From Seison nebaliae (taxonomy: Eukaryota): a DNA stretch of 34,145 nt. The DNA is taken from NCBI GenBank assembly GCA_023231475.1, contig JALJEE010000340.1, forward strand, positions 1 to 34,145, in the 5' to 3' direction. Below the pieces are notes generated by a model. The model was given only the letters and a program-made list of their open reading frames with translations. It was not told the origin of the DNA and ran no database searches. Below, one piece after another: positions 1 through 10,178 of this stretch; position 1 is the stretch's first letter, and every line of letters starts with the position of its first letter. The position numbers were made by a program, and so were the translations under genes.

Positions 1-39
1 AAGAAGAAGATTCCTAAGAAGATCAATTTCATTGTCTGA
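1..39 (+). CDS. Possible 3' end of a coding exon entering from upstream of the window (KKKIPKKINFIV*)
   Basis: Frame 1 is open from base 1 to TGA at 37-39, followed by AT-rich UTR-like sequence. Too short to assign. Confidence 0.2.
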   Translation, partial: KKKIPKKINFIV

Positions 40-492
40 TACAGATTTTCAATTTAATTTCTTACTGTGAAATATGAAATTTGAATAATTATTATCCAAA
101 TCGTCCCCTCATTTTATACTATTGTCTTGTCGTTCTAATTACAAATTAGTTTTTCCTAAGCGAACAACAGGTTGCGTTATGTCTCCAACTTATTTTCCAA
201 TTATGTTCATATCTAAATAATTAAGAAATAAAAAAAAAAGATTTTTAAATTACTTTTTTATCTAATATTCTTCTTTAATCGATCAATTGGCGGAAGGTTT
301 GTCCTTTTTCTGTGATTTTCATAAGGATGATAGTTATACTAGCTCCGATAAAGTTATCTTTTCTTCAATGAGCAAAGATTTAGGCGTATGGTTGTTACAT
401 TATGTCTCATGTCAAAGAAGATTAGCAGCAACATACAATAAATAGAAAGAAAACATACAAAGCGAAACAATTATTTTCATTTACTTTCCATA

Positions 493-1810
493 ATGCTTCA
501 TTTTCTTGTCCTTATTTTCTGTTTAAGTTCCACTTCGTCCTATATATTAGTGGATAAACCGAAAGAATATATACTCAAAGAAGACGTATCAGGAGTATGT
601 GAAAAATTTGGTAAAGGTATTACGGGAACGACGTTGGATAATCGTTTTTCTATCGGGAAAAAATTAGGACAAGGTTCAACAGGTTCTGTCTACGAATTGA
701 TTGATCATCGTGAAGATAAGATATTTGCAATTAAATGTTAAATTAACATAATTAAATTCGTAAAAAATTTGGCTTATTCCCTTAGTTAGTCAAAGTTTTT
801 CATCGGCTTCTACAGATGAAGACAATACGTTGATTGTTAATAGTTACATGAGACAAGAAGATTATTCCCGACTTAAATTATATGGTCCTTTAGCCATCTA
901 CAAACTGGGTGAACGAACAGATAAACATATTTATGTAGGTTCTATCCATTCACTATTCTACTTTTAGTTAACTTCACTTGGAACTTACAATGTTAATTAT
1001 TAGATAATAAAATTGTCCAGTATCGGAAGCAAGCTGCTTGTGTGATAATGGAAAAACTTCCCACACATAAATCTTTCAAGGAAGTGATTAGGGCGTTAGT
1101 TGAAGAACGTCCAAATTGGTTGCGAACTAAAGAGTTCCTCAAAATTATGTTATCTCTATTGGAAATGGTGAAGATTCTGCACTTTACAACTGGTCGATAT
1201 TCCTACGCAGAAGAGATTGACAATTTCGACGGAGTTCTTTTATCTTTCGTCACTTCTTTTCAATTTTCCTATTTAGCGTTTATTGGCAGGTAGTTATACA
1301 TTGTCGCATTGCGATTTACATCCAGAAAATATAATCGTACATCAGAAAAATAATATGACGCAAGTCATACCATTTGATTCACAGAGTATGATTATGCTAG
1401 TAAAATATCCGTTCAGTAACGCAGAATTAGAAGTTAATTTAGATGAAGTTTATTCTGCGAATCACCGAGTGAAACGGAATGCACTTCTCAATGGTTGTCA
1501 ACGAACTGACCTCTGTTTCATCGGTTTATACTTACTCTATTTTGCACTTGTCCACTTCGATGTTGTGACACCGCGACTAATCGACAACAAGATGTTAACA
1601 AATATTCCGATGAATCAAATATATATGTCTAAGGACGAAATAGGAAAAGAAGACAAAGATTTCTGGAAAAGATTTGGCGGTATGGCTGATCCGAATGTTC
1701 GGAAGCACTTTGGTCCAATATTAATTCCTCTCATTAATTCTTGTCAATCAACTTTAATATCTTATCAATCAATCTATGAACATTTTGGCATGATTTGGAA
1801 AGATTTATAA
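493..1810 (+). CDS. Signal-peptide-bearing divergent protein kinase or pseudokinase, 4 exons, ~386 aa
   Basis: Exons 493-736, 786-938, 1004-1233 and 1277-1810 join in frame via GT-AG introns; intron 2 has an alternative in-frame boundary. Hydrophobic N-terminus MLHFLVLIFCLSSTSS, G-loop LGQGSTGSVY, FAIK, hinge VIMEKL, catalytic loop HCDLHPEN. The DFG position is degenerate (VIPFDSQ). Confidence 0.8.
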
Positions 1811-3357
1811 TAATCCCTTTTTCCGTTTATCCCAAAACAATAATACCTGACTAATTCAAATTTATTCCGACAGACAGTTCATGTATGTTTTTTTACGCGT
1901 AATAAACTTGTTAAGAATATTCCTTAAATTTTTGTAATCAAAAAGTTGGTGGTATCTTCGATCTTTGTATGATATAATAAGTAAGCTGATGAACTATCAT
2001 CTAAATGTCTTATTTAACAATTAACCCGTTTGAATGGCAAAGTTGAGCATTTAAACGAATTGAATTTAACAAGACATTCTTAATCACATTGAGAATTCGA
2101 AACAAAAAACACGAAAAGTGTAAGAATTATTTCAATGTTTATGCTTCCATAAGTCACCTTAACAATTAAATGTTTTCTATATATCGTCCATCGGAAATAT
2201 CATCGTTCTTATCGAACAGTGTGAATTGAACATTTTAAAATGTTTCTAAAATATCGTTCGTCATAAAAAAAGAGATTTTCATGTGAATCTGGAAATCATG
2301 AGCTTATTTCAATGCGGATAATATCTAATAAATTTCGTCGTTCGAATGTGGCGATATTGTAATGTACATATAGAAATAATAAGAAAAATAATAAGGAGGA
2401 TATCTAAAATAAAAGTAAAGTGATTTGATGGGGATCATAATATTGTTGACGATTACATAAAAATTAAAAACATATAACATGTTGAAGAAATGAGATCGAT
2501 ATGACTCGTTTCATAAAAAGAATTAAACAGTTCTTCGTAGATGAGAAGAAAGATAAATTTGATGATTACGATTAATAATTGTTGTCGATGATTATCGTTT
2601 GATAAATGGGTGATTAAGTTTATTCTAAATTCTCTAATAGAGGAACGTTAACCTTCCCACACATATTTATCTATTCAATCAATTTATAAGACACGTAAGA
2701 ACAATATGTTGTGGCGGCCATTTGTTTACTGACTATTCTCTCGTTCATTGACGATAATGGAATTCCGGTTAAAAGTTTGAGCGCAGAAATCATGTATATT
2801 GATATATTTATAACGGATATGTTGATTGATTGAAAATTAATTAACATAAAATCATTTTGACTGAAGTTTTTCCTTTCGATTTTCATTTTTATAAGAATGT
2901 TAGACAGTTTGACGAGATGAGACTTGCCTTCATGACTTACACGATTCGAACATATATATACACATACATACAAAAAAGAAGTTATGTGGAAGAGAAATGG
3001 GAAGATGGAAAGGCAGAGGAGACGATGGAAAAGGTAGAGGAGACGAGAGAAAGTCGAGGACATCACATCTCTGTACTTTGAGGAGAGGTAGAAGGAAGAT
3101 GCCGTTCATAAAGAGTGAAGGATAAAAGACGAAGAGGGAAAGGAAATATTTGAGAAATTTTTTTTATTTTCTTACCAAATGAGAATGAGACGAGAGAAGA
3201 GTGAGAGAGAGATAGTAGGTGAATGAGTGATAGAATGAATAACAAACATTTTTATTTTGAAATTGGAAAGAATATTTCTTATTGATGATATATCGATCGA
3301 CTAGTCTTATTAGTCAATAACTCAATAACGAAGAATTATGAGAAATGTTTTGAGATA

Positions 3358-6330
3358 ATGAGAAATAACGAAATGGACATGAGTGAGACTGATAACCATT
3401 CGTCGACGGTGGCACTGAAGATCGTCGAATTTCTAAACATTCTCGGAATCGATCCTAATCAACTCACTTCCACCAAATGGAATGAATTGGTTGAACAATT
3501 CCTGAAGAATGAACAAGAACAAAATGGGAAGAGAAGTTCCATTTGGACTTCTCAACAATCCGAGTATGAGATGAAGAAGAAATTAGAATCGGAACGATTT
3601 AATCGAGAATCGGGTGACCCCACCAATCTCCCTCATACTGATCCCCATCACAAGTTAATCTTTAACCAGCGATTGAACGATCATTATGAACAAAGACAAA
3701 TGATATCGAACAACGATGATGGTGAGAAAGATGGAAATTTGAAAAATAATCCATTTAGAAATTCAACTGTCCCAACTAAAGTTGGTTATGCTCAACCAAT
3801 CGGTTTAGGACAACAACATCATTATCAGAATTTTCCAATGACTCATGAATCGAAGACTAATCGACAAAAAATACAACAACAACAACCAGCACCGCCATTA
3901 CCACCCAGGAAACGTGTTTATCATACACAGAATACGAATGATATCAATCTTGTATATCATGCGAATGCTAATCAGATTTCTTCTTTAAGTCCAAATTCTC
4001 GAAGTTCACGAGATATCGATTCGAGAGTACGTGGAAATAATGAAGAAATCGAACAGATAAAATTGACGAAAGATTTATTGAAAAATAAATTAAATAGTAA
4101 TCATGGCAATAATCGTACTGGTGCACAATTGATCAAGTTGTCAGATAATACAGAGAAGTTTTATGCACACTCGTCGATCGAGCAACAGTCACCTCAGATC
4201 GTTCAAACGGGATTCGCTTCACCCATTCAGATGAATCGTATCGAATCTGCCAAATCGTCGACGACAGATAATGCACGAATTATGCAATCCGGTTTCGCAT
4301 CTCCAATAGGTAGACAATTGCAACTTTTACCTCTTCAATCATTGCCTCTCCAAGAGAAGACGTTCAATCATGAGAATGACATTAAACGTGACATAATCGC
4401 TCAACAATTCGTTTCTCTTAATAATATTCCGTCGAATGATTTTCACGAGAAATTACAGTCACTCTCTTTGGACGAGCCGCAATCGGCAAAACGTCTCTGT
4501 TTAGCTAACGAAGACGTATCGATGGCGGTGCATATGCAGAAGAGTTTACAAACGAAAAAGAATGTCGATTCCAATCAGACCGTAAGAAAACCATCAGATG
4601 ATTATAATAAGGAGAAATTGGAGAGCACAGCTGTGGAATTAGCATCGTCTTCGTCAGAATCGTCATCCGTCTCTCTCACTAATGTGGAGAGTGGAAAGAA
4701 AGAAGTGAAGAAATTGAGATTCGTCCAAAAATGTTCATCACAAGCATATCGTTTCTACATCGAGCAACATGTAGAGAATTTGTTGAAATGGCAAGTGGAG
4801 CGAATGATGCGTCGTACACAATTGGAGAAAGAAATGGAACGTTCTGCACTTCCCGAACATTATTGTGAACAGTTGAGAGATTTATTGAGACAACGCGAGA
4901 CGAATTATATTCGAATGAGACGTCAACGATTAAATCCGTCAATGTTCGAACAAATTAAGATTCTGGGGATTGGAGCATTTGGTGAAGTGGCGTTAGTGAG
5001 GAAGATTGATACGAAACATCTCTACGCTATGAAAACGTTGAGGAAGACGGAAGTATTACAAAGAAATCAGGTGGCGCATGTCAAAGCCGAACGAGACATT
5101 TTAGCGGAGGCAGATAATGATTGGGTCGTCAAATTATATTATTCTTTTCAAGATGTTGATAGATTATATCTGGTGATGGATTATATAGCCGGTGGTGATC
5201 TGATGGCTCTTCTAATAAAGAAAGGTGTGTTTAGCGAGCAATTATCTCGATTTTTTGCTGCCGAATTAGTGGCAGCGATCGAATCGGTCCATAAACTCGA
5301 TTTTATTCATCGCGATGTCAAACCAGATAACGTCTTGATCGATTGTGCCGGTCACATCAAATTGACGGATTTTGGTCTCTGTACAGGATTTCGATGGACG
5401 CATAATTCGAAATATTATCAATCGACGAATCATCAGAACGGAATTGAACATCCTAATGAAATGGATGATGATCATTTGTTTAATGAGAACGATCTTCCAT
5501 TGAAACCGTTGGAACGACGTTATCGGAACGAAAGAATGAGACGATGTGCTAATAGTCTAGTGGGAACTCCAAACTATATCGCACCCGAAGTACTCCAACG
5601 ACAGGGTTACACATCATCATGTGATTGGTGGAGTATCGGAGTGATCTTGTACGAAATGTTAGTGGGTCAACCGCCATTCTGGTCGTCATCACCAGCTGAA
5701 ACTCAACATAAAGTGATCCATTGGAAAGATTTTTTGAGGATACCTCGACAGGCGAATTTACATCCAGATTCATCCGATCTAATTCTTTCCCTTCTCACCG
5801 ACACCAACCATCGATTGGGAGGAAAGAGTGTGAAAGAGATTAAACAACATCCATTCTTCTCTAAACATCCACCTTACGACTTCCGAACTCCCTTGCGTCA
5901 ATTAGCAGCACCTTATATTCCATTCATCGCCAACGAATTAGATACATCCAATTTTGATCCGGTTGATGATGATCGTGCGAGAATTCCGACGGAAGACATT
6001 GACAAATGGAAATTGGAGAATCATCCCGAACATGCTTTCTACGAATTCACTTTTCGCCGTTTCTTCGACAACGGAATGATCTCCAACATTGAAAATGAGA
6101 ATTATGATAATAATGATGCGGGCAATGAGCAGGAGTCTCATTCGAAAGCCAATCATCATTCAGTTGATCGATCGCCTAATTTAGCATCGAAACCAAATTC
6201 CGAATTTCATTTATGGCACGAAAAGAATTCGAACAATTCCAAAAATTGTTTATCTCCTTTAGTGAAGTCATTAGTTGCGTCTGCACTCATTCAACAGCAA
6301 CAACAACAACAACAATCGGGAAACAATTAA
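3358..6330 (+). CDS. LATS: Serine/threonine kinase LATS/Warts (Hippo pathway, NDR/LATS family), single exon, 990 aa
   Basis: MOB-binding region (AYRFYIEQHVEN...RETNYIRMRR), LGIGAFGEV, QVAHVKAERDILAEADNDWVVKLYYSFQD, HRDVKPDN, DFGLCTGFRWTHNSKYY, SLVGTPNYIAPEVL, hydrophobic motif HAFYEFTFRRFFD. Confidence 0.97.
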   Translation: MRNNEMDMSETDNHSSTVALKIVEFLNILGIDPNQLTSTKWNELVEQFLKNEQEQNGKRSSIWTSQQSEYEMKKKLESERFNRESGDPTNLPHTDPHHKLIFNQRLNDHYEQRQMISNNDDGEKDGNLKNNPFRNSTVPTKVGYAQPIGLGQQHHYQNFPMTHESKTNRQKIQQQQPAPPLPPRKRVYHTQNTNDINLVYHANANQISSLSPNSRSSRDIDSRVRGNNEEIEQIKLTKDLLKNKLNSNHGNNRTGAQLIKLSDNTEKFYAHSSIEQQSPQIVQTGFASPIQMNRIESAKSSTTDNARIMQSGFASPIGRQLQLLPLQSLPLQEKTFNHENDIKRDIIAQQFVSLNNIPSNDFHEKLQSLSLDEPQSAKRLCLANEDVSMAVHMQKSLQTKKNVDSNQTVRKPSDDYNKEKLESTAVELASSSSESSSVSLTNVESGKKEVKKLRFVQKCSSQAYRFYIEQHVENLLKWQVERMMRRTQLEKEMERSALPEHYCEQLRDLLRQRETNYIRMRRQRLNPSMFEQIKILGIGAFGEVALVRKIDTKHLYAMKTLRKTEVLQRNQVAHVKAERDILAEADNDWVVKLYYSFQDVDRLYLVMDYIAGGDLMALLIKKGVFSEQLSRFFAAELVAAIESVHKLDFIHRDVKPDNVLIDCAGHIKLTDFGLCTGFRWTHNSKYYQSTNHQNGIEHPNEMDDDHLFNENDLPLKPLERRYRNERMRRCANSLVGTPNYIAPEVLQRQGYTSSCDWWSIGVILYEMLVGQPPFWSSSPAETQHKVIHWKDFLRIPRQANLHPDSSDLILSLLTDTNHRLGGKSVKEIKQHPFFSKHPPYDFRTPLRQLAAPYIPFIANELDTSNFDPVDDDRARIPTEDIDKWKLENHPEHAFYEFTFRRFFDNGMISNIENENYDNNDAGNEQESHSKANHHSVDRSPNLASKPNSEFHLWHEKNSNNSKNCLSPLVKSLVASALIQQQQQQQQSGNN

Positions 6331-6858
6331 GTTAATTATTTTCAGCCATTTTTCGAACTCGGATTTCTAGACCGTGCTTTCGACGTTGTTCCTTTCGACC
6401 AAATGTTTCACGAAATAAATATTTTATTCTCATTTTTTCAAACTGAACATTTCAATGTCTAAAAAGAATTATCGATTATTAAACTCCATATATTTCACTC
6501 CTCATATTGGGAGACTTATTATCATTCTTATTATTCTATTCAAATTTCTTATAACATTCTTCTAAACTTTTCGTCATTATGATGAAGAGTGATGGCGACG
6601 ATGAATGCGAACCAAATAACTCAATTCATGCACGAATGATAGAAAGACGTGATCAAGACAAAGACGAGACCAAGAGAGCAGAAACACAGCTGTGTTAAAC
6701 GATTATCATAATTGAGGACGATGTTAAATAGGAAATACATGAGAGATGAATTAATTTGTGATTAAATTGACAAAATAAATTTATTTAAAAATGAAAATAT
6801 AATTATCAATATAATTTGAAAAAATAAAAAATTTATTATAATATATGTCATAATATAA

Positions 6859-8649
6859 TTATGTACTGAACTGAAAATCAAAACAACGAAAAAAATCGTT
6901 CCATTTCTTATATTTTTTTGATCCTTGACGATAATCATGGTTGCAATGAGCTGCTAAAAACGAATTTTCTGGAAGAACAATTATGGAGAACTTTCCTTCT
7001 ATTTGATGTTGGAATGCTTCAATTGCCTTCTTGAAACAAAAGTACGCTTGAAATCGTTGTTTCATTATTAGATGGAATTCCTGCTCAAGTTCACATGAAA
7101 AATATCCAATTGTATATATTTTTGAAGATGTATCTTGTTGCGTTAATTTCGCTTTCAACATCGTGTTGTTGTTCGATTCGTTCACTATGTTGATAGTGAG
7201 AATGGTTCGTCGAGAAAGAGAGTAATAAGACAAATTTGGACCCATCAACAACGTCCTTTTTAATATTGGGAGAATGGTGGGAATACAATTGTTTTGAAGA
7301 CATTTCTTTATTTCTTTTGTCATATCCCAATAATTTTCAAAAAATTTCGATTCTTTTTTAAAATAATACAACAACATTCGAATATCGAATTCAGACGACG
7401 GATTTGTCAGATTTATCATATTCTCCAGTCTCGTCGGACAAATTTCCAATCCACGATTACTCACCACATAATCTTTATAGTACACTTCTTTTCGGAACAA
7501 TTCACATTTCTCAAAATCGACAAATATACCTGCCTCATTTAAATATGCGACTATCTGCCGTAAATGTTCCTGATGTTCATTTAATTCGGAACTATAAATG
7601 AAAAGACAATTCTCATTCAACGCACAACAATCACCGATTAAATTTGATAACATTTCTTTCAAATATATCATTAATTCACTCTGGTATGTTTCTAATCCGA
7701 ATGGCATTTTAATAAACTGATAATATTCCGGACCAAATTTGAAAGTTGTTACATGTCGACGCTCTTCAACTATTGGAACCAGATGACATTCAGAGATACG
7801 TATCGTAGAAAAATAATTTGCTTTGGAAAATATTAGAAAATCCGTTTGATCAGGTCTCTTACCGAATATACTTTCAAATTTTCGACGTTTAACTTGTTCA
7901 TTCAATTTTGTATAATCGACGAATATTCTCAATTTTCCATCGCTCTTCTCCTCAACCATCAGAGGAGAAAGAAAATCTCCTTGTTCCACCTCTTCAATTA
8001 TACCTTCAGTTAACATATTATCTACAATTTTGCCAATTATACTTTCTGGAACGTTTCCGAACGAATTCTCTACATAGTCAACAGGAGGTAATGGAGGATT
8101 ATCGGACCAAATTTCCTGTCCATGAATATCTATCTCTTCAGGTTCCTGAAATTCTTCCAATTCATTTTCCATGTTCTTTTCCAATTCATTAGTCAATTCA
8201 TTAAATGTCATGAGATCTTCAATTTTAATAATCTCTTTATTTTTCTTTTTAAATATCTTCTGTTCATGAAAATCTAATATTAATCCCAATTTCGATATGA
8301 GATCCACACCTAAAACTTGGTGAGGCAATTTACAATCGACAACGAGGAGAGAATGTCGAAAACATTCATTTCCAATCTTGAAACTTACTTGTAATATTTG
8401 GTTTGTAGATAACATTGCATTAGGAAGAATAATATCTGTCTCATCACAATTCGACGGTTTATATTTCAACATTTTCACCAATTCTGTTGATATAAACGTT
8501 TTCGATGTTCCTGAACATACGCGAAAGAAAACTGGATCTCTTTCTACTTCGCATTTCACCCAAAATCCTTCTTCTTTTATTTGTTTTCTCGGAAGAAATT
8601 TATTAATTACATCTTTAGTTATTCCATCATCTGTTGCGAATAATTCCAT
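6859..8649 (-). CDS. Intact Ty3/gypsy pol-derived protein (protease-, RT- and RNase H-like folds) lacking catalytic residues; candidate domesticated retrotransposon gene
   Basis: 596-aa uninterrupted ORF. Protease-like FRVCSGTSKTFIS...QVLGVDLISKL. RT-like FLSPLMVEEKSDGKLRIFVDYTKLNE, FSTIRI, YYQFIKMPFGL, NENCLFIYS, EHLRQI, EKCELF. RNase H-like AKLTQ..TIGYFS..AIEAFQHQIEGK. No gag, integrase or flanking LTR pair visible. Confidence 0.85.
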   Translation of the reverse strand: MELFATDDGITKDVINKFLPRKQIKEEGFWVKCEVERDPVFFRVCSGTSKTFISTELVKMLKYKPSNCDETDIILPNAMLSTNQILQVSFKIGNECFRHSLLVVDCKLPHQVLGVDLISKLGLILDFHEQKIFKKKNKEIIKIEDLMTFNELTNELEKNMENELEEFQEPEEIDIHGQEIWSDNPPLPPVDYVENSFGNVPESIIGKIVDNMLTEGIIEEVEQGDFLSPLMVEEKSDGKLRIFVDYTKLNEQVKRRKFESIFGKRPDQTDFLIFSKANYFSTIRISECHLVPIVEERRHVTTFKFGPEYYQFIKMPFGLETYQSELMIYLKEMLSNLIGDCCALNENCLFIYSSELNEHQEHLRQIVAYLNEAGIFVDFEKCELFRKEVYYKDYVVSNRGLEICPTRLENMINLTNPSSEFDIRMLLYYFKKESKFFENYWDMTKEIKKCLQNNCIPTILPILKRTLLMGPNLSYYSLSRRTILTINIVNESNNNTMLKAKLTQQDTSSKIYTIGYFSCELEQEFHLIMKQRFQAYFCFKKAIEAFQHQIEGKFSIIVLPENSFLAAHCNHDYRQGSKKYKKWNDFFRCFDFQFST

Positions 8650-8650
8650 T

Positions 8651-8836
8651 TTATCTCATCAATTCTCGTTAGTTTATGAAAATCGAGATATAATTGTCAA
8701 TCGGGAAAATATTCTATTAATAGGAAAATTATTTTAAAATTTTGTTTAAGAATTTCGATAATATTATAATATCGATCGACATATATATTTTAGATATTGA
8801 TATATCGATACATAATAACATAAAACGATCAAATGT
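8651..8836. repeat. Diverged direct repeat, copy 1 (immediately upstream of the pol-derived gene's ATG)
   Basis: Collinear blocks ttatctcatcaatt, agtttatgaa.atcgaga, aattgtcaat, tattaataggaaa, ttttaaaatttt and aacgatcaaa are shared with 10044-10178. This copy has an extra ~55 bp AT-rich insert. Confidence 0.8.
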
Positions 8837-10043
8837 GCGATAAAAATAAGAATAAAAGATAGAAAGAAAATTTTTGTTTAATTTACAATTAAAAGAACCC
8901 AAAACCAAATTAATTAAACAACAAGACCTCACCGTATTATTGTGTAAATGATCAGATTGAATCTTTTTATTCTCTTTTATTCTGGTTAAATCTTAAACGG
9001 AATGATATGGCAATAAATTTAAAGGAGTTGTTAACATTAAATGTCGGTGTAAAATTGACTCTATTCAAGAATAACGAAGAAACTAAGAAATATTAGAAGA
9101 AAAACGTGAGACTGATAATTTCAAAAAAACACGATTCCTCTTACAGATTTTAATGTTAATCTGTTAAATTTTAGTCATTAAGCGAGTTCAATTAAAATGC
9201 AAGCTCCGCACATACACCCGTCTTCCCATTTTTGGTGGTTCTTCCTCGCAGAACCTGGTTTGTCTTTTTTCGGGCAATCGATGAGTAGCTTAGATGGAAA
9301 CATGATATTTCGCATTATCGATGTGTAATAGTAACGGGGACGGAAAAAAATTATTAGAACATTCTAGTGATCGAGAAAAAACAATTAGTTGTCTGATTTG
9401 TGAACCTATTTGGTTGACTAGTATTTGTCCTTTCTAGAAAAATGTGTAGAATGGTTCTAGAAAACTAATCTCTCAATGATATCTTAATGATTATTTCTTA
9501 CAATTGTTAGTTGTTAGTCATATTTTTCGATATAAAGTTAGGTATTTTATGCTTGATTAGGAACTGATATTATTAAAAAAAAATTTAACGAACTAGTTAA
9601 TAAGTTGTATGGGAGTCGGTCGAATCCACCGAGATGGATCTTGACTGAATTACGACTCGGTTATTACTCACACAGCTTTTTGACATTGGAGACGAAGGAA
9701 AAATTCAAATCCATCATTTTCATTTGTGATACTTTGAAAAAGCATCAAAAGAATGTTGAAGAGTATGAGGAAAAACAGTTAATTATTTGGTCAAATAATA
9801 GAAAATTATCTAGTAGAATCGTCAAATTCGTTATTAATAGATTATTGTTAAGAGGAATTTTATGTGACTGTGATTTTTATGGTCAGGTTATTTTAATATC
9901 TAGTACGCGAAAGAATCCATTATATCTGCCTGAATCATGTGCAGTTGTTTTCCATATATCTGAAGTACTGAAGATCAGTCCGAGTTAATATCAGAAAAGA
10001 AGTTCATTCTCAATAACATTTCTAAACACTTATGATTTTTCTC

Positions 10044-10178
10044 TTATCTCATCAATTTCCGTCAGTTTATGAATATCGAGAGAATTGTCAATTGAATTTT
10101 TGAGAGAATATTTTATTAATAGGAAAGTTTTTTTAAAATTTTCTTGAACAATTTCGGTCACATAGAACGATCAAAGGT
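10044..10178. repeat. Diverged direct repeat, copy 2
   Basis: Same collinear blocks as 8651-8836, ~1.39 kb downstream in the same orientation. Confidence 0.8.

Noticed and set aside
416..427. AGAAGATTAGCA, matching the U6 snRNA catalytic core
   Set aside because: Only a 12-mer; no ACAGAG box upstream and no ISL (TGGCCCCTGCGCAAGG) downstream.
2021..2030. TTAACCCGTT, also at 18951, resembling a piggyBac terminus
   Set aside because: Similarity ends after 10 bp and no inverted partner was found.
2671..3245. ORFs 2671-3066, 2857-3081 and 3063-3245
   Set aside because: Arise from GA-rich and TA-rich low-complexity sequence upstream of LATS, probably promoter/5' UTR; no protein features.
4679..8737. 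Antisense and alternate-frame ORFs within LATS and the pol-derived gene
   Set aside because: Shadow ORFs of real coding sequence with no motifs.
9180..9360. Minus-strand KDKPGSARK, resembling the Tc1 GRP linker
   Set aside because: Too short and degenerate; no DDE motifs recovered.
9605..9988. 127-aa ORF
   Set aside because: Starts at TTG, has no recognisable domain and no supportable exon chain; left unassigned.
8651..10178. Direct repeats interpreted as LTRs of the pol-like ORF
   Set aside because: Both copies are on the same side of the ORF; no TG...CA ends, PBS or PPT recognised; no copy downstream of the ORF.
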